This document shows positions 51,592 through 63,627 of a DNA stretch of 64,000 nucleotides, piece by piece. The stretch lies in assembly GCF_963921235.1 (NCBI RefSeq), contig NC_086108.1, forward strand, positions 83,640,001 to 83,704,000, written 5' to 3'. Source of the DNA: Mobula hypostoma (lineage: Eukaryota). Within the stretch, counting starts at the first letter, position 1. Every line of letters begins with the position of its first letter. Made by a program: the position numbers and the translations under genes. The notes below the pieces were generated by a model. That model worked only from the letters and a program-made list of their open reading frames with translations. It had not been told where the DNA came from and searched no databases.

Positions 51592-52690
51592 AGCAAGATA
51601 GATACTTTATTGATCCCAAAGGAAATTACTGTGTCATAGTAGCATTACAAGTGCACAGCTATAAATATTAGAAGAGAACTAGAAAGAATTTAAAAAAAAG
51701 TTACCTCAGAGAGTCTAACAGGAGGGGGTCATCACTCCCCCGGCCATAGGTTGAGTCATTATACAGTCTATTGGCCAAAAGTAAGAATGACCTCATATAG
51801 TGCTCTTTGGAGCAGTGTAGTTGTCTTAGTCTATTACTAAAAGTGCTCCTCTGTTCAGCCAAGGTGGCATGCAGAGGGTGAGAAACATTGTCCAGAATTG
51901 CCAGGGTTTTCCACAGGCTCCTTTGTTCTACTACAGTCTCTAGTGTGTCCAGTTTGACTCTAACAACAGAACCCGTTTTTCTAGTCAGTTTATTGAGTCT
52001 GTTGGTATCACCCATGTTGATGCCATTGCCCTAGCACAGCATAGAAGATTGTACTGGTGACAATGGACTGGTAGAACATGTGAAGGAAAGGTCTGAGTAT
52101 GTCAGGACACTGGAGCAGGGATCCAATCACAGACCCATTACTGTGTACACAATGATTTTAATTGAGTAACAAAACCCAAGGTGCAAACAAAGTCAGCATC
52201 AAAGTTCAGGTAGAGATCAAAACATTCAGAGAAATCCAAAAAACAGAATCAGGAAACAGGCAGAGTCGATATTCAGATGGACAGAGTACAGATATGAATG
52301 CTGGAAAGGCTCAGGAAAATTCACTGGCACAATCTGGAAACAAATAGGTGACAACACAGGACTGAACTACACTGAGCAATAAACAGAGGCAGATGATAGG
52401 TGGAGCACAATGAGACACAGGTGGCAGCAATACAGGTAATAATGAGAAGCAGATGAGAGAGGGACTACTCAGTAATACAGGGGCCGGAGTAGAGCAGGAA
52501 CGGGGACAGAAGCACATGGCAATACAACACCACAGACTGACAGCTGGGGGGGGCACGGGTAACATACAAAAAGACAGAGTTCAACTGGAGATACTGACGG
52601 CATACTCCAAAGGACCTCAGTCTCCTCAGGCAGTAGCGGCAACTCTGGCCCTTCTTGTATACAGCCTCTGTGTTGGTGCTCCACTCAAGT
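51592..52690 (-). mobile_element. Rex1/Babar 3' fragment split by a solo LTR
   Basis: ORF 51701-52015 (RLNKL.RK.GSV, SHPLH, RSFL..A.RLYN); resumes at 52600. Confidence 0.8.
52100..52599 (-). mobile_element. Solo LTR (~500 bp, Gypsy-type)
   Basis: TGTCAG...CTGAC(G) inverted termini; interrupts the Rex sequence; minus-strand ATTAAA near 52160; TSD degenerate. Confidence 0.65.
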
Positions 52691-52857
52691 TGGTAGAGTC
52701 AAAGAAAGAGAAAATGGTAATGTAACATTAAAGTTTTATTTTAATCTGACTACTAATGCTATTGGGAGAACAAATAGAATAAGTGGGAATGGTTTGATAG
52801 ACAATGCAGTCATGGTTACAAGGTAACCAAACTGGCAACTGAATATTAAGTGCCTTG

Positions 52858-52918
52858 TAACACACACAAAATGCTGGTGGAATGCAGTAGGCCAGGCAGC
52901 ATCTATAGGAAGAGGTAC
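52858..52918 (-). mobile_element. Penelope-derived tail fragment
   Basis: CACACACAAAATGCTGG...GGCCAGGCAGCATCTATAGGAAGAGGTAC. Confidence 0.65.
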
Positions 52919-52989
52919 CTTGTATTATTTTAGAAGGGAGGTAGCAAAGAAAATGAAGTGGGATAAATTTCTTACTGAAGGGTGAGATC

Positions 52990-54320
52990 ACTATAGTAGT
53001 AAGGAATGAAAAGGGCTTAGAACTCAAAATACAGAATCATTTTGAGTCTAGGAAATTAAAAGCAATGGTTAGACATCAATGGTGGAAGGAGAATATGGAT
53101 ACAGTAACAATGCTTATAAGAGAGTATAAATCAAACAATAATTGAGCATTTTTGAAATAGAGGTAATTTTAAATATCATATAGTTTGGACATTTCAAGTT
53201 GGCAAGGGTAACTTGGAGAATAAGTTCATAGAGAGTATTCAGCTGAGCTTCTTAGAACAATATGCAAAAGAACCAAGCAAAGAGCAAGTGACTTTAACTC
53301 TGGTATTATGAAATGAAACAGGATTAATTCACGAGCTCCTAGCAAAGGGTCCTTTGGGAAAGAATGATCATAGCAGGGTAAAATTTCAAATATGGGTCTG
53401 AGACTGAAAAACTTGACTCTGAAACTGGTATTTTAAACTTGAATAAAGACTATTAAATTGTATGAGAATGAAATGGTATGGAAAAAATAAATTTAAGAGT
53501 AGGCTGGTAAATTATCAGTGAGCCAAGTTTAAAGAGATATCCAACAAAATTCAACAAAGTATTCAAAGTACATTTATTATCAAAGAATGTATAAATTGTA
53601 CATCTTGAGACTTGCTTGCTGACAGGTAGCCACAATGCAAGAAACCCAAAAGAACCCAAGTAAAAAAACTAAAGACCAATACCTAATGCGCAGAGAAAGG
53701 AGAAAAAACACAAATCGTGCAAACAAGAGAAGCAAGCAACAACATTCTGAACCAAAATAAATCCTTAGATCTGAACCCTGGAGTACTACGGAGTAGACCC
53801 AAGCCTTGGTATCAGTCCATCATATTAGTGTGCACAGAGCACAGCAACCAGAGGCAGTCTTCATAGCCTCTGCGCCATAGAGAGAGGACTGAGTATTGTA
53901 GCTCACACTAGGACCCAGGCACCACTACAGCCAAAGGCTCTAGGCCTAGAAAATGTCACCCAGCAACTCACTCCGGGCCCAGATTTCACTGCCCTGCCTG
54001 AAGCCACTCTTGATTTCTCCAAATCGGCTCCAAAAAGGTAGGCTCCAATGAGAAAGAAAGACTCCTTGACCAGGATGCACCATCCATGGCTAACCATAAA
54101 ATTTAAAGATGATATCAATTTGAAAGAATAGGCATCAAAGTTTTGCCATAGGCTGAGACCTGGAGAATTTTTGGAATCTCAAAGGAAGTAACCACAGAAA
54201 TATTGGATGTGTTTAATCGTAAGCTATCAAATTTTCCTTGATTCAGGGGCTCCTCAGATTTCATATGGTTCTGGAAAATGGAAAACCACAATTCTAGTAC
54301 CACCATGCAAGAAAGGAATG
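52990..54320 (+). mobile_element. Old CR1 endonuclease remnant with a minus-strand non-coding retroposon (~53555-54030) inserted
   Basis: Degenerate FLEQY..EP, LG.NDH motifs; inserted block ends in an AATAAAT..(TTTGAA) Rex-type tail. Confidence 0.55.
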
Positions 54321-55304
54321 AGTCTGTGAATAGGACATAAAATCTGTGACTTACCCTAATTCAGGATGAAGGTGGAAAATAGGGAGAAACTGTAGGAAGC
54401 TAGTTCGCTTCTGCCGGATGCCATGAGGTGCCTGACATCACTGCATAGTAAGTATGACAGCCCTACAATATCTCAGGAAGTTTATGATTTCTGTGCTCTC
54501 AAAGCTGACATCAGTTAGTCCTTTCCTGCAGAAATGTAATCTATTGTTAATTGGCTGATATCCTTAAGCACACATATCTAAGTGTCAACTAGTTCTATAA
54601 ATGTGAATCCACCAATACAGAGAAAATGTTTCACTAACCATTGTAGCTGTATATGTAATTCCTGTATACCTCTCTTCGTTTGTCCAAAGCCTACAGCATT
54701 TTGGCAATAAACCTGTAATCAGTACCTTGAATAGTTCCATCAAAGTGACATAAAAAAATTAGATGTTTTTATCAGTTTACTATTGTCCCCTGTACAAAGA
54801 TACAGCAAAAAAAGTTTCTGTTTTACTGACCATCCAGTCAGGTTCATGCCATCATGACACCAAACATGCCATTTTTACGTCATAAATTAAATTGTCAGAA
54901 AAGAGAGATTAGGTTTAGAGTTTAGAATAAAAGATATTGGCGAACAGTACTGATGTTATTCTGCTTGGGACTCAATAAGTTTGCCATTGAAACAAAACTC
55001 AATTATGTAGTCTTCCTGCAGGGAAATTTAACACCTCTAGTCCAACAAGAAAACTTAGAATCTAATGCACTAAAACATGTGCCAAGCTACTGCTCTGGAA
55101 TTACTGAATTATTGAATTTGGTACTCTTGTCAGTGGAAAGCCATTTTATTCTCTCAAATCTAATGTGTTACATTTAGGAAAGATCATTGTTTCACAGATA
55201 TCCTTTTACCCATCACAGTTCCAGCCCAGTCCCTGCCAATGATTCCTGAGCTCCAAGCTTACATGATTTCTATAGTGCACAATTCCTTATGTTTCTCTAA
55301 TTTC

Positions 55305-57595
55305 ATAGAAACTTAGAAACATAGAAAACATACAGCAGAAAATACAGGCCCTTTGGCCCACAATGCTGTGCCGAACATGTACTTACTTTATAAATTACCT
55401 AGGGTTACCCATAGCCCTCTATTTTTCTAAGCTCCATGTACCTATCCAGGAGTCTCTTAAAAGACCCAATCGTATCTGCCTCCACCACCATCACTGGCAG
55501 CCTATTCCACACACTCACCACTCTTTTATTTTTTATAAAAGCTTACCCCTGACATCTCCTCTGTACCTACTTCCTAGCACCTTAAAACCTTGTGTCCTCT
55601 CATGCTAGCCATTTCAGCCCTGGGAAAAAGCCTCCGACTATCCACACGATCAATGCCTCTCATCATCTTATACACCTCGATCAGGTCACCTCTCATCCTC
55701 TGTCGCTCCAACAAGAAAAGGCCAAGTTCACTCAACCTATTCTCATAAGGCATGCTCCCCCCCCAATCCAGGCAACATCCTTGTAAATCTCCTCTGCACC
55801 TTTTCTATACTTTCCACATCCTTCCTGTAGTGAGGTGACCAGAACTGAGCACAGTACTCCAACTGGGGTCTGAGCAGGGTCCTATATAGCTGTAACATTA
55901 TCTCTCAGCTCTTAAACTCAATCCCATGGTTGATGAAGGCCAATGCACCGTATGCCTTCTTAACCACACAGTCAACCTGCACAGCAGCCTTGAGTGTCCT
56001 ATGGATTTGGACCCCAAGATCCCTCTGATACTCCACACTGCCAAGAGTCTTACCATTAATACTATATTCTGCCATCATATTTGACCTACCAAAATGAACC
56101 ACTTCACACTTATCTGGGTTGAACTCCATCTGCCACTTCTCAGCCCAGTTTTGCATCCTATTGATGTCCCACTGTAACTTTTGACGGTCCTCCTCACTGT
56201 CTACAACACCCCCAACCTTTGCATCATCAGCAAATTTACTAACCCATCCCTCCATTTCCTCATCCAGGTCATTTATAAAAAAATCACGAAGAGAAAGGGT
56301 CCCAGAACAAATCCCTGAGGCACATCACTGGTCACCGACCTCCATACAGAACATAACCCTTCTACAAAGACTCTTTGCTTTCTGTGAGCAAGCCAATTTT
56401 GGATCCACAAAGCAAGGTCCCCATGGATCCCGTGCCTCCCTACTTTCTCAATAAGCCTTGCATGGGGTACCTTATCAAATGCCTTGCTGAAATCCATATA
56501 CACTACATCTACTGCTCTACCTTCATAAATGTGTTTAGTCACATCCTCAAAAATTCAATGAGGTTCGTAAGGCACGACCTGTGTTTGACAAAGCCATGCT
56601 GACTATTCCTAATCATATTATGGCTCTCCAGATGTTCATAAATCCTGTCTCTCAGGATCTTTGCAATCAACTTGCCAACCACTGAAGAAAGACTCACGGG
56701 TCTACAATTTCCTGGGCTATCTCTACTCCCTTTCTTAAATAAGGGAACAACATCTGCAATCCTCCAATCCTCCGGAACCTCTCCCGTCTTCATTGATGAT
56801 GCAAAGATCATTGCCAGAAGCTCAGCAGTCTCCTCCCTCACCTCCCACATTAGCCTGGGATACATCTCGTCCAGTCCCGGAGACTTATCCAACTTGATGC
56901 CTTCCAAAAGCTCCAGCACATCCTCTTTATTAATGTCTACATGATCAAGCTTTTCAATCCACTGTAAGTCATCCCTACAATCGCCAAGATCTTACTCCGC
57001 AGTGATTATTGAAGCAAATTATTCATTAAGTACCTCTGCTATCTCCTCTGGTTCCATACACACTTTTCCACTATCACACTTGATTGCTCCTATTCTCTCA
57101 TGTCTTATCCTCTTGCGCTTCATATACTTGTAGAATGCCTTTGGGTTTTCTTTAATCCTGCTCACCAAGGGTGTCTCGTGGCCTCTTCGTGGCCTCTTCT
57201 GGCTGTCCTAATTTCATTCTTAAGCTCCTTTCTGCTAGCCTTATAATCTTCTAGATCTCTATCATTACTTAGTTTTTTTGAACCTTTCGTAAGCTTTTCT
57301 TTTCTTCTTGACAGGATTTTCAACAGCCTTTGTACACCACAGTTCCTGTACCCTACTATCCTTTCCCTGTCTCATTGGAACATACCTATGCAGAACGCCA
57401 CACAAATATCCCCTGAACATTTGCCACATTTCTGCGTACATTTCCCTGAGAACATCTGTTCCCAACTTAGGCTTCCAAGTTCCTGCCTGATACCTTCGTA
57501 TTTCCCCTTACTCCAATTAAACGCTTTCCTAACTTGTCTGCTCCTATCCCTCTCCAATGCAATAGCAAAGGAGATAGAATTGTGATCACTATCTC
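55305..57595 (-). mobile_element. CR1 LINE, 2.3 kb, 5'-truncated
   Basis: DSDHNSI, KSPGLD, YMDFSKAFDKVPH, VPQG, KFADDAK; same subfamily as 42978-47167. Confidence 0.95.
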
Positions 57596-57814
57596 GTACC
57601 ATCAGTGATCAGCCATTAAACTAATTCCCCATGAGTCAATCCTTCAACTCCTCAGGTACTTTTTACCACTACCTTTCTAGCTCATGATTTTTAGCTGTTT
57701 TTGATGAAAAAAAATATTCTTTTCAATTAAGAATGTAAATGGCCTTGCTTCATTCTGTGAAAGGAGCAAATATAATTTGTTATTCTGGGGTTCCTTTGCT
57801 GTTTGCTTTGGACA

Positions 57815-59407
57815 CGACAGAGCGGAGGGGGTGGCATTACCAGTCAGGAAAATATCATGACAGTGCTCAGTCAGGACAGACTGGAGAATTCATCTTGGGT
57901 GACGTTATGGCTAGAACTGAGAAATAAGAAATGTATTACCTGTTAATCAGGCTATATTACAGACCACCCAACAGTCCGAGGGATTTAGAGGAACAAAATT
58001 GCAGAGAGATTGCAGACAATTGTAAGAAACACAAGGTTGTTATAGTAGGTGATTTTAACTTTCCATATATTGACTGAGACTCCCATACTGTAATAGGACT
58101 AGATGAGAAAGAATTTTCAAATGTTTTCAGGGAAGTTTCCGTAACCAGTACGTAGAAGTCCCAAAAAGAGGGTGTGTGATACTTGATCTACTAACAGGGA
58201 ATGAGACAGGGCAGGTGACAGACATTTGTGTAGGGGAACACCTTACATCTCGTGATCACAATGACATTAGTTTCAAAGCAAATATGCAAAAAGATAGGTC
58301 TGGTCCATGGGTTGAGATTCTAAGTTGGAGAAAGGCCAATTTTGCTGGTACCAGAAAGCACCAGGCAAGTGTGGATTGGGGCAGGCTATTTTCTGGCAAA
58401 AGTGTACTTGGTAAGTGGGAAGCCTTAAAAAGTGAAATTTTTAAGAGTACAAAGCTTATACGAGTGTGCCTGTCAGAATAAAAGGTAAAGACAACAGATG
58501 TAGAGAACCTTGGTTATTGAAGCCCTGGTTAAGAAAAAAATATGCATTGTAGGCATAGGCAGGTAGGAACAAATTGGGTGCTTATGGAGTATAAAGAATC
58601 CACAAGAACACTTAAGAAAGATATCAGGACAGCTAAAAGAAGGCACCAAGGTTGTTGAGCAGACAAGGTGAAAGAGAACCCTAAGGGATTCTTCAGAGAT
58701 GTTAAGAACAAAAGGATTGCAAGGGATAAAACTGGCCCTTTGGAAGACCAGAATGGTAATCCATATGTGGAGCCAAAAGAGATGGGGGAAGGTCTTAAAT
58801 AAATTAAATAAAGAGACAAAGACAGAGTCTATAGGAATGAGGGAAAGCTGCATCAACTTCATGGAATCGATACAGATTACAGAGTAGGAAATGTTTGCTT
58901 TCCTGAGGCAAATTAGGTTGGATAAATCCCCAGGGCCTGACAAGGATTTCCCTCAGACCCTGTGGGAGGCAAGTGCAGAAATTGCTGGGGCCCTAGCAAA
59001 GATATTTAAAATCATCTTTAGTGACAAGTGAGGTACCAAAAAATTGGAGGATATCCAATGTTGTTCTGCAGTTCAAGAAAGGCTCTAAAAGTAAACCTGG
59101 AAGCTATAAGTCAGTGAGCCTGTCATCAGTAGTGGGAAAGTTCTTGGAAGGTATTCTGAGGGGCTGGATATACAAGCATTTGGATAGACATGGACTGATT
59201 AAGGATAGTCAGCATTGCATCGTGCGTGGTAGGTCATGCCTGACCAATCTTATATAGCTTTTTGAGGAAGTTACCAGAAAGGATGATGAAGACCAAGCAG
59301 GTAGATGTCTACATGGACTTTAGTAAGGTATTTGACAAGGTCCTTCCTGCATTGGAGGTTGGTCAAGAAGGTTCAGTTGCTCGGCATTCAAGAGGAGGTG
59401 GTAAATT
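57815..59407 (+). mobile_element. CR1 ORF2 (APE + RT N-part); likely continues at 63628
   Basis: YRPP, GDFNF, RDHN, KSPGPD, GRSCLTNL, MDFSK.FDK. Confidence 0.9.
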
Positions 59408-59885
59408 GTTTGGGTTGCCTCTGACCCGATAGCATGAACATCAATTTCTCAAACTTCCAGTAATGCCACTCTTCTTTCCTTCACTATTTCCCCATTCCCA
59501 TTTCCCTCTCTCACTCTATCTCCTTACCTGCCCATCACTTCCCTCTAGTACTCCCCCACTTTTCTTTCTTCCATTGGCTTCTGTCCGCTCCTATCAGATA
59601 CCCGCTGTATTCTCCAGCCCTTTATCTCTTTCACCAATCAACTTCCCAGCTCTTTACTTCACACTACCCCCACCTGGTTTCACCTATCATATAATGTTTC
59701 TTCCTCCCTTCACCCACCTTCTAACTCTGACTGCTCATTTTTTTTTTCCTCTAGCCCTGATGAAGAGTCTCAGCCTGAAACATCGACCATATTCTTTTCC
59801 ATAGATTCTGTCTGGCCTGCTGATTTCCTCCAGCATCTTGAGTGTGTTGCTTGGATTTCCAGCATCTGTAGATTTTCTCTTGTTT
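59408..59885 (+). mobile_element. Penelope-like element 3' end with hammerhead motif
   Basis: LG.L.PDSMNINFSNFQ* resembles the end of a PLE GIY-YIG ORF; pyrimidine tract; CTGATGA (59757)...GAAA (59777). Confidence 0.78.
59752..59789 (+). ncRNA. Degenerate minimal type I hammerhead ribozyme
   Basis: TAGCC-CTGATGA-AGAGTCTCAGCCT-GAAACATC-GACCA; both core boxes intact, stems mutated. Confidence 0.6.
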
Positions 59886-60620
59886 GAGAGCATGGTAAGA
59901 CCATAAGACGTAGAAGCAGAATTGGGCTATTCAGCCCATTGAGTCTTCATCATTCCACCAAGGCTGATCCTGGAACCCACTCAAACCCATACACCTGCCT
60001 TCTCGCCATATCATTTGATGCCCTGACCGATCAGGAAACTAGCAAATTCTGCCTTAAATATACCTAGGGATTTGGCCTCCACTGCAGTCTGTGGCAGAGA
60101 TTCCACAGATTCACTACTCTTTGGCTAAGTAAATTCCTCCTTACCTCTGTTCTAAAAGGTCGCCCCTCAAGTTTGAGACTGCGCCCTCATGTTCTGGATA
60201 TCCCCACCAGAGGAATCATCCTCTCCACATCCACCCTATCTAGTCCTTTCAACATTCAATAGGTTTCAATGAGATTCCCGCCCACCACATTCTTCTAAAT
60301 CCTAGTGAGTACAGGCCCAAAGCTGCCAAATGCTCCCCATATATTAATCTCTTCATTCCTGGAATGATCCCTGTGAACCTCCTCTGGACTCTCTACAATG
60401 ACAACACATCCTTTCTGAGATATGGGGCCCAAAACTGTTGGCAAAACTCCAAGTGCAGCCGGACTAGTGTCTTATAAAGCCTCAGCATTATCTCCTTGCT
60501 TTTATATTCTATTCCCCCTGAAATAAATGCCAACTTTGCATTTGCCTTCTTTACCACTGACTCATCTGTAAATTAATCTTCTTGCAAGAGGACTCCTTAG
60601 TCCCTCTGCACCTCTGATGT

Positions 60621-61723
60621 CAGAATCAGAATCAGGTTTATTATCACCAGCATGTGACGTGAAATTTGTTAACTTAGCAGCAGCAGTACAATGCAATACA
60701 TAATGTTGAAGGAAAAAAAATAAAGTAATAATAATGATAGATAAATAACTAAATCAATTACAATATACATGTATTGAATAGATTAAAAAATTGTGCCAAA
60801 AAACAGAAATGCCATATATTAAAAAAGTGAGGTAGTGTTCAAGGGTTCAATGTCCATTTAGGAATCGGACAGCAGAGGGGAAGAAGCTGTTCCTGAATCG
60901 CTGAGTGTGTGCCTTCAGGCTCCTGTACCTCCCACCTGATGGTAACAGTGAGAAAAGGGCATGCCCTGGGTGCTGGAGGTCCTTAATAATGGACGCCGCC
61001 TTTCTGAGACACCGCTCCTTGTAGATGTCCTGGGTACTTTGTAGGCTTGTACCCAAGATGGAGCTGACTAATTTTATAATCCTCTGCAGCTTCTTTTGGT
61101 CCTGTGCCGTATCCGCCCTCCCCATACCATACAATGCCACAGCCTGTCAGAATGCTCTCCACAGTATATCTATAGAAGTTTTTGAGTGTATTTGTTGACA
61201 TACCAAATCATTTCAAATTCCTAATAAAGTATAGCCACTGTCTTGCCTTCTTTATGTGTGGTGCGTGGACGAGTGGTTAGGGTGTTGGACTAGCAATCTG
61301 AAGGTCATGGGTTCGAGCCTTGGCCAAGGTAGCGTGTGTGTCCTCGAGCAAGGCACTTAACCACACAATGATCCAGTCTACCCAGCTGAGAATAGGTACC
61401 AGCAAAAATGCTGGGGGTTAACCTCACGATAGACTGGCATCCTATCCGGGGGGAGGGGGAGTCTCATACTCTCAATCACTTCACACCATGGAAACTGGCA
61501 TAAGCACTGGCCTGAAGGGTTGTGACAGACTTTAATCTTGCCTTCTTTATAACTGCATCGATATGTTGAGACCAAATATGTAGATATCTCAGATCCTCAG
61601 AGATTTTGACACCCAGGAACTTGAAACTGCTCACCCTCCCCAGTTCTGATCCCTCTGAGGGTTGGTATCTGTTCCTTCATCTTACCCTTCTGGAAGTCAA
61701 TCAGTTCTTTCATCTTACTGATG
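60621..61723 (-). mobile_element. Rex1/Babar 3' fragment
   Basis: HPGHALFSLLPSG.RYRS..FRNSFFPSAVR; (ATTCTG)n tail; CTGATGT TSD at 60614-60620 and 61724-61730. Confidence 0.9.
61256..61535 (+). mobile_element. tRNA-derived SINE with 15-bp TSD
   Basis: A box TGGACGAGTGG (61266), B box GGTTCGAGCC (61310); TSD TCTTGCCTTCTTTAT at 61241-61255 and 61536-61550. Confidence 0.9.
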
Positions 61724-62090
61724 CTGATGTTTCAACCTTCTCCCCATCCGGATAATAGTCTGAACTATTGTTCCTTTTACCAAAATGTATTATCATACAT
61801 TTCCCAACACTGTATTCCATCTGCTACTTTTTTGCCCATTCTTCCAATTTGTCTAAGTCCTGTTGCAATCACATTGCTTCCTCAGCACTACCTACCCCTC
61901 CACCTTATCTTTGCATCATCAGCAGACTTTGCCACAAGGCCATCAATTCCATTATCCAAATTATTGACAAACAATGTGGAAAGTAGTGGTCCCAATACTG
62001 ACCCCTGAGGAACACCACTAGTCACTGGCAGCCAACCAGAAAAAGCCCCTTTATTCCCATTCACTGCCTCTTGTCTGTCAGCCATTCCTC

Positions 62091-62927
62091 TGTAACAAGA
62101 ATCGCTCCTTGTAATGAAGATCAATGAGGCTCAGAGAATCTGTATCAACAAGTAACTTTTATTGTCTCAACTAAAAAGTACATGGGTTCACACTCTATCT
62201 ACATTACCTGTGTGCATCCTACTAGAACCCCTGACCCCCCATTAACAGTCAATGAAGAGAAAAGGTATTACCTGGGAAAGGAGTCTATGCTGCCCAGGCA
62301 TTCCTCGTGGTCCCAATCTCCACATGTCTCTGGTGTCCTACTTATCTCCAATGGTTGGTCTCTGGCTGCTGGAGAGTTATTGCCCCTGCGTATTTATAGC
62401 TCCTGAGTCTGACACTGTTCCTCATCGATTGAGCCATTGGATTTCCATCCCATTGGCTCAGAATCACCTGACCTACCTGAGTGACCTTCCTACTAGTCAT
62501 TGTACAGGGCTACAACCAACATTGTTTCATGGTTCTGCCCACCCCAGCCTTGTGTACTTGTGCCCTTACACTGACTGGTCCAACCCAGTTAAATGAGGCA
62601 ACCCAGATGGAGTCTAACGAGATTACAGATGACTTCTTTGGTAGGTCTGGCAATTTACATAACAAATAGCCACTCCTCTGAGAATGGTCTCAGGTTTATT
62701 GCTCTGATTAGATTATCCCAGAGTCAAGAATCAATTCAGAGTCCACGCCCTTTACATAATAAATGGCTATTTGTTTGAGAATGGTCTCGGGTTTAGCAGA
62801 TCATTACCTGAAGCTTCCTGTGTCTATTAGATTATCCAAGAGCAAGAATCATTTTAGCGTCCACAAAATGGGGGAAAACTAAGACAACTGGCTTGTCTGC
62901 TTCCGCTGCAGTTTCTTCTGGCTAACA
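62091..62927 (-). mobile_element. Retrovirus-like solo LTR, 837 bp
   Basis: Minus strand TGTTAG...TTACA; CCTC TSD at 62087-62090 and 62928-62931; CCAAT x2, TATAAATA ~62391-62398, AATAAA ~62158-62163. Confidence 0.88.
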
Positions 62928-63627
62928 CCTCTATTCATGCCCGCATCTTTCATATAATGCTGTAGGATTTTATCTTGTTAAGCAGCCTCGTGTGGCCCCA
63001 TTTCAAATGCTTTCTTAAAATCTAAGTAAATGACATCCACTACCTCTCCTTTGTCCTTCCTGCTTGTTACTTCCTCGAAGAACAGATTTATTGGGCAAGA
63101 TTTCCCTTTACAGAAACCATGCTGACTTTCATTTATCTTATCATTAGACTTGAAGTACTCTGAATCTTCATCCTTAACAATAGACTCCAACGCTTTCCCA
63201 ACCACTGACGTTAGGCTAACTGGCCTATAAATTTCTTTATTTGCCTTCCTCCCTTCTTAAAGAGTGGAATGACATTAGCAATCTTCCACTCCTCTGGGAT
63301 CATGCCAGAATCAAGTGATTCCTGAAAGATCATGATCAATGTATCCGTTATCTCTTCAGCAACCTCTCTCAGGACCCTGCGATGACATCAATCATATTAT
63401 GATCACTGTCTTCTAAGGGTTCCTTTACATTAAGCTCCCTAATAAAATCTGGGTTACTACACCTCACCCAATCTAAGATAGCCTTTCCCTGAGTAGGCTC
63501 AAGCACAAGCTGCTCTAAAAAGCCACCCTGTAGGCATTCAAGAAATCCCCTCTCTTGTGATCTTAGCCCAACCTGATTTTCCCAATCCCCTTGCATATTG
63601 AAGTCCTCCAATACAATTGTGACATTG

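Larger units (their letters stand above)
59897..63627 (-). mobile_element. CR1 LINE in three pieces with internal deletions
   Basis: Tail at 59897; [32 protein letters not shown]; split by Rex and an LTR. Confidence 0.88.

Noticed and set aside
57177..57198. Short tandem duplication in CR1 (similar ones at ~19180 and ~35880)
   Set aside because: Routine slippage duplications.
61256..61330. tRNA gene
   Set aside because: A/B boxes are the head of a TSD-flanked SINE; no clean cloverleaf or terminator.
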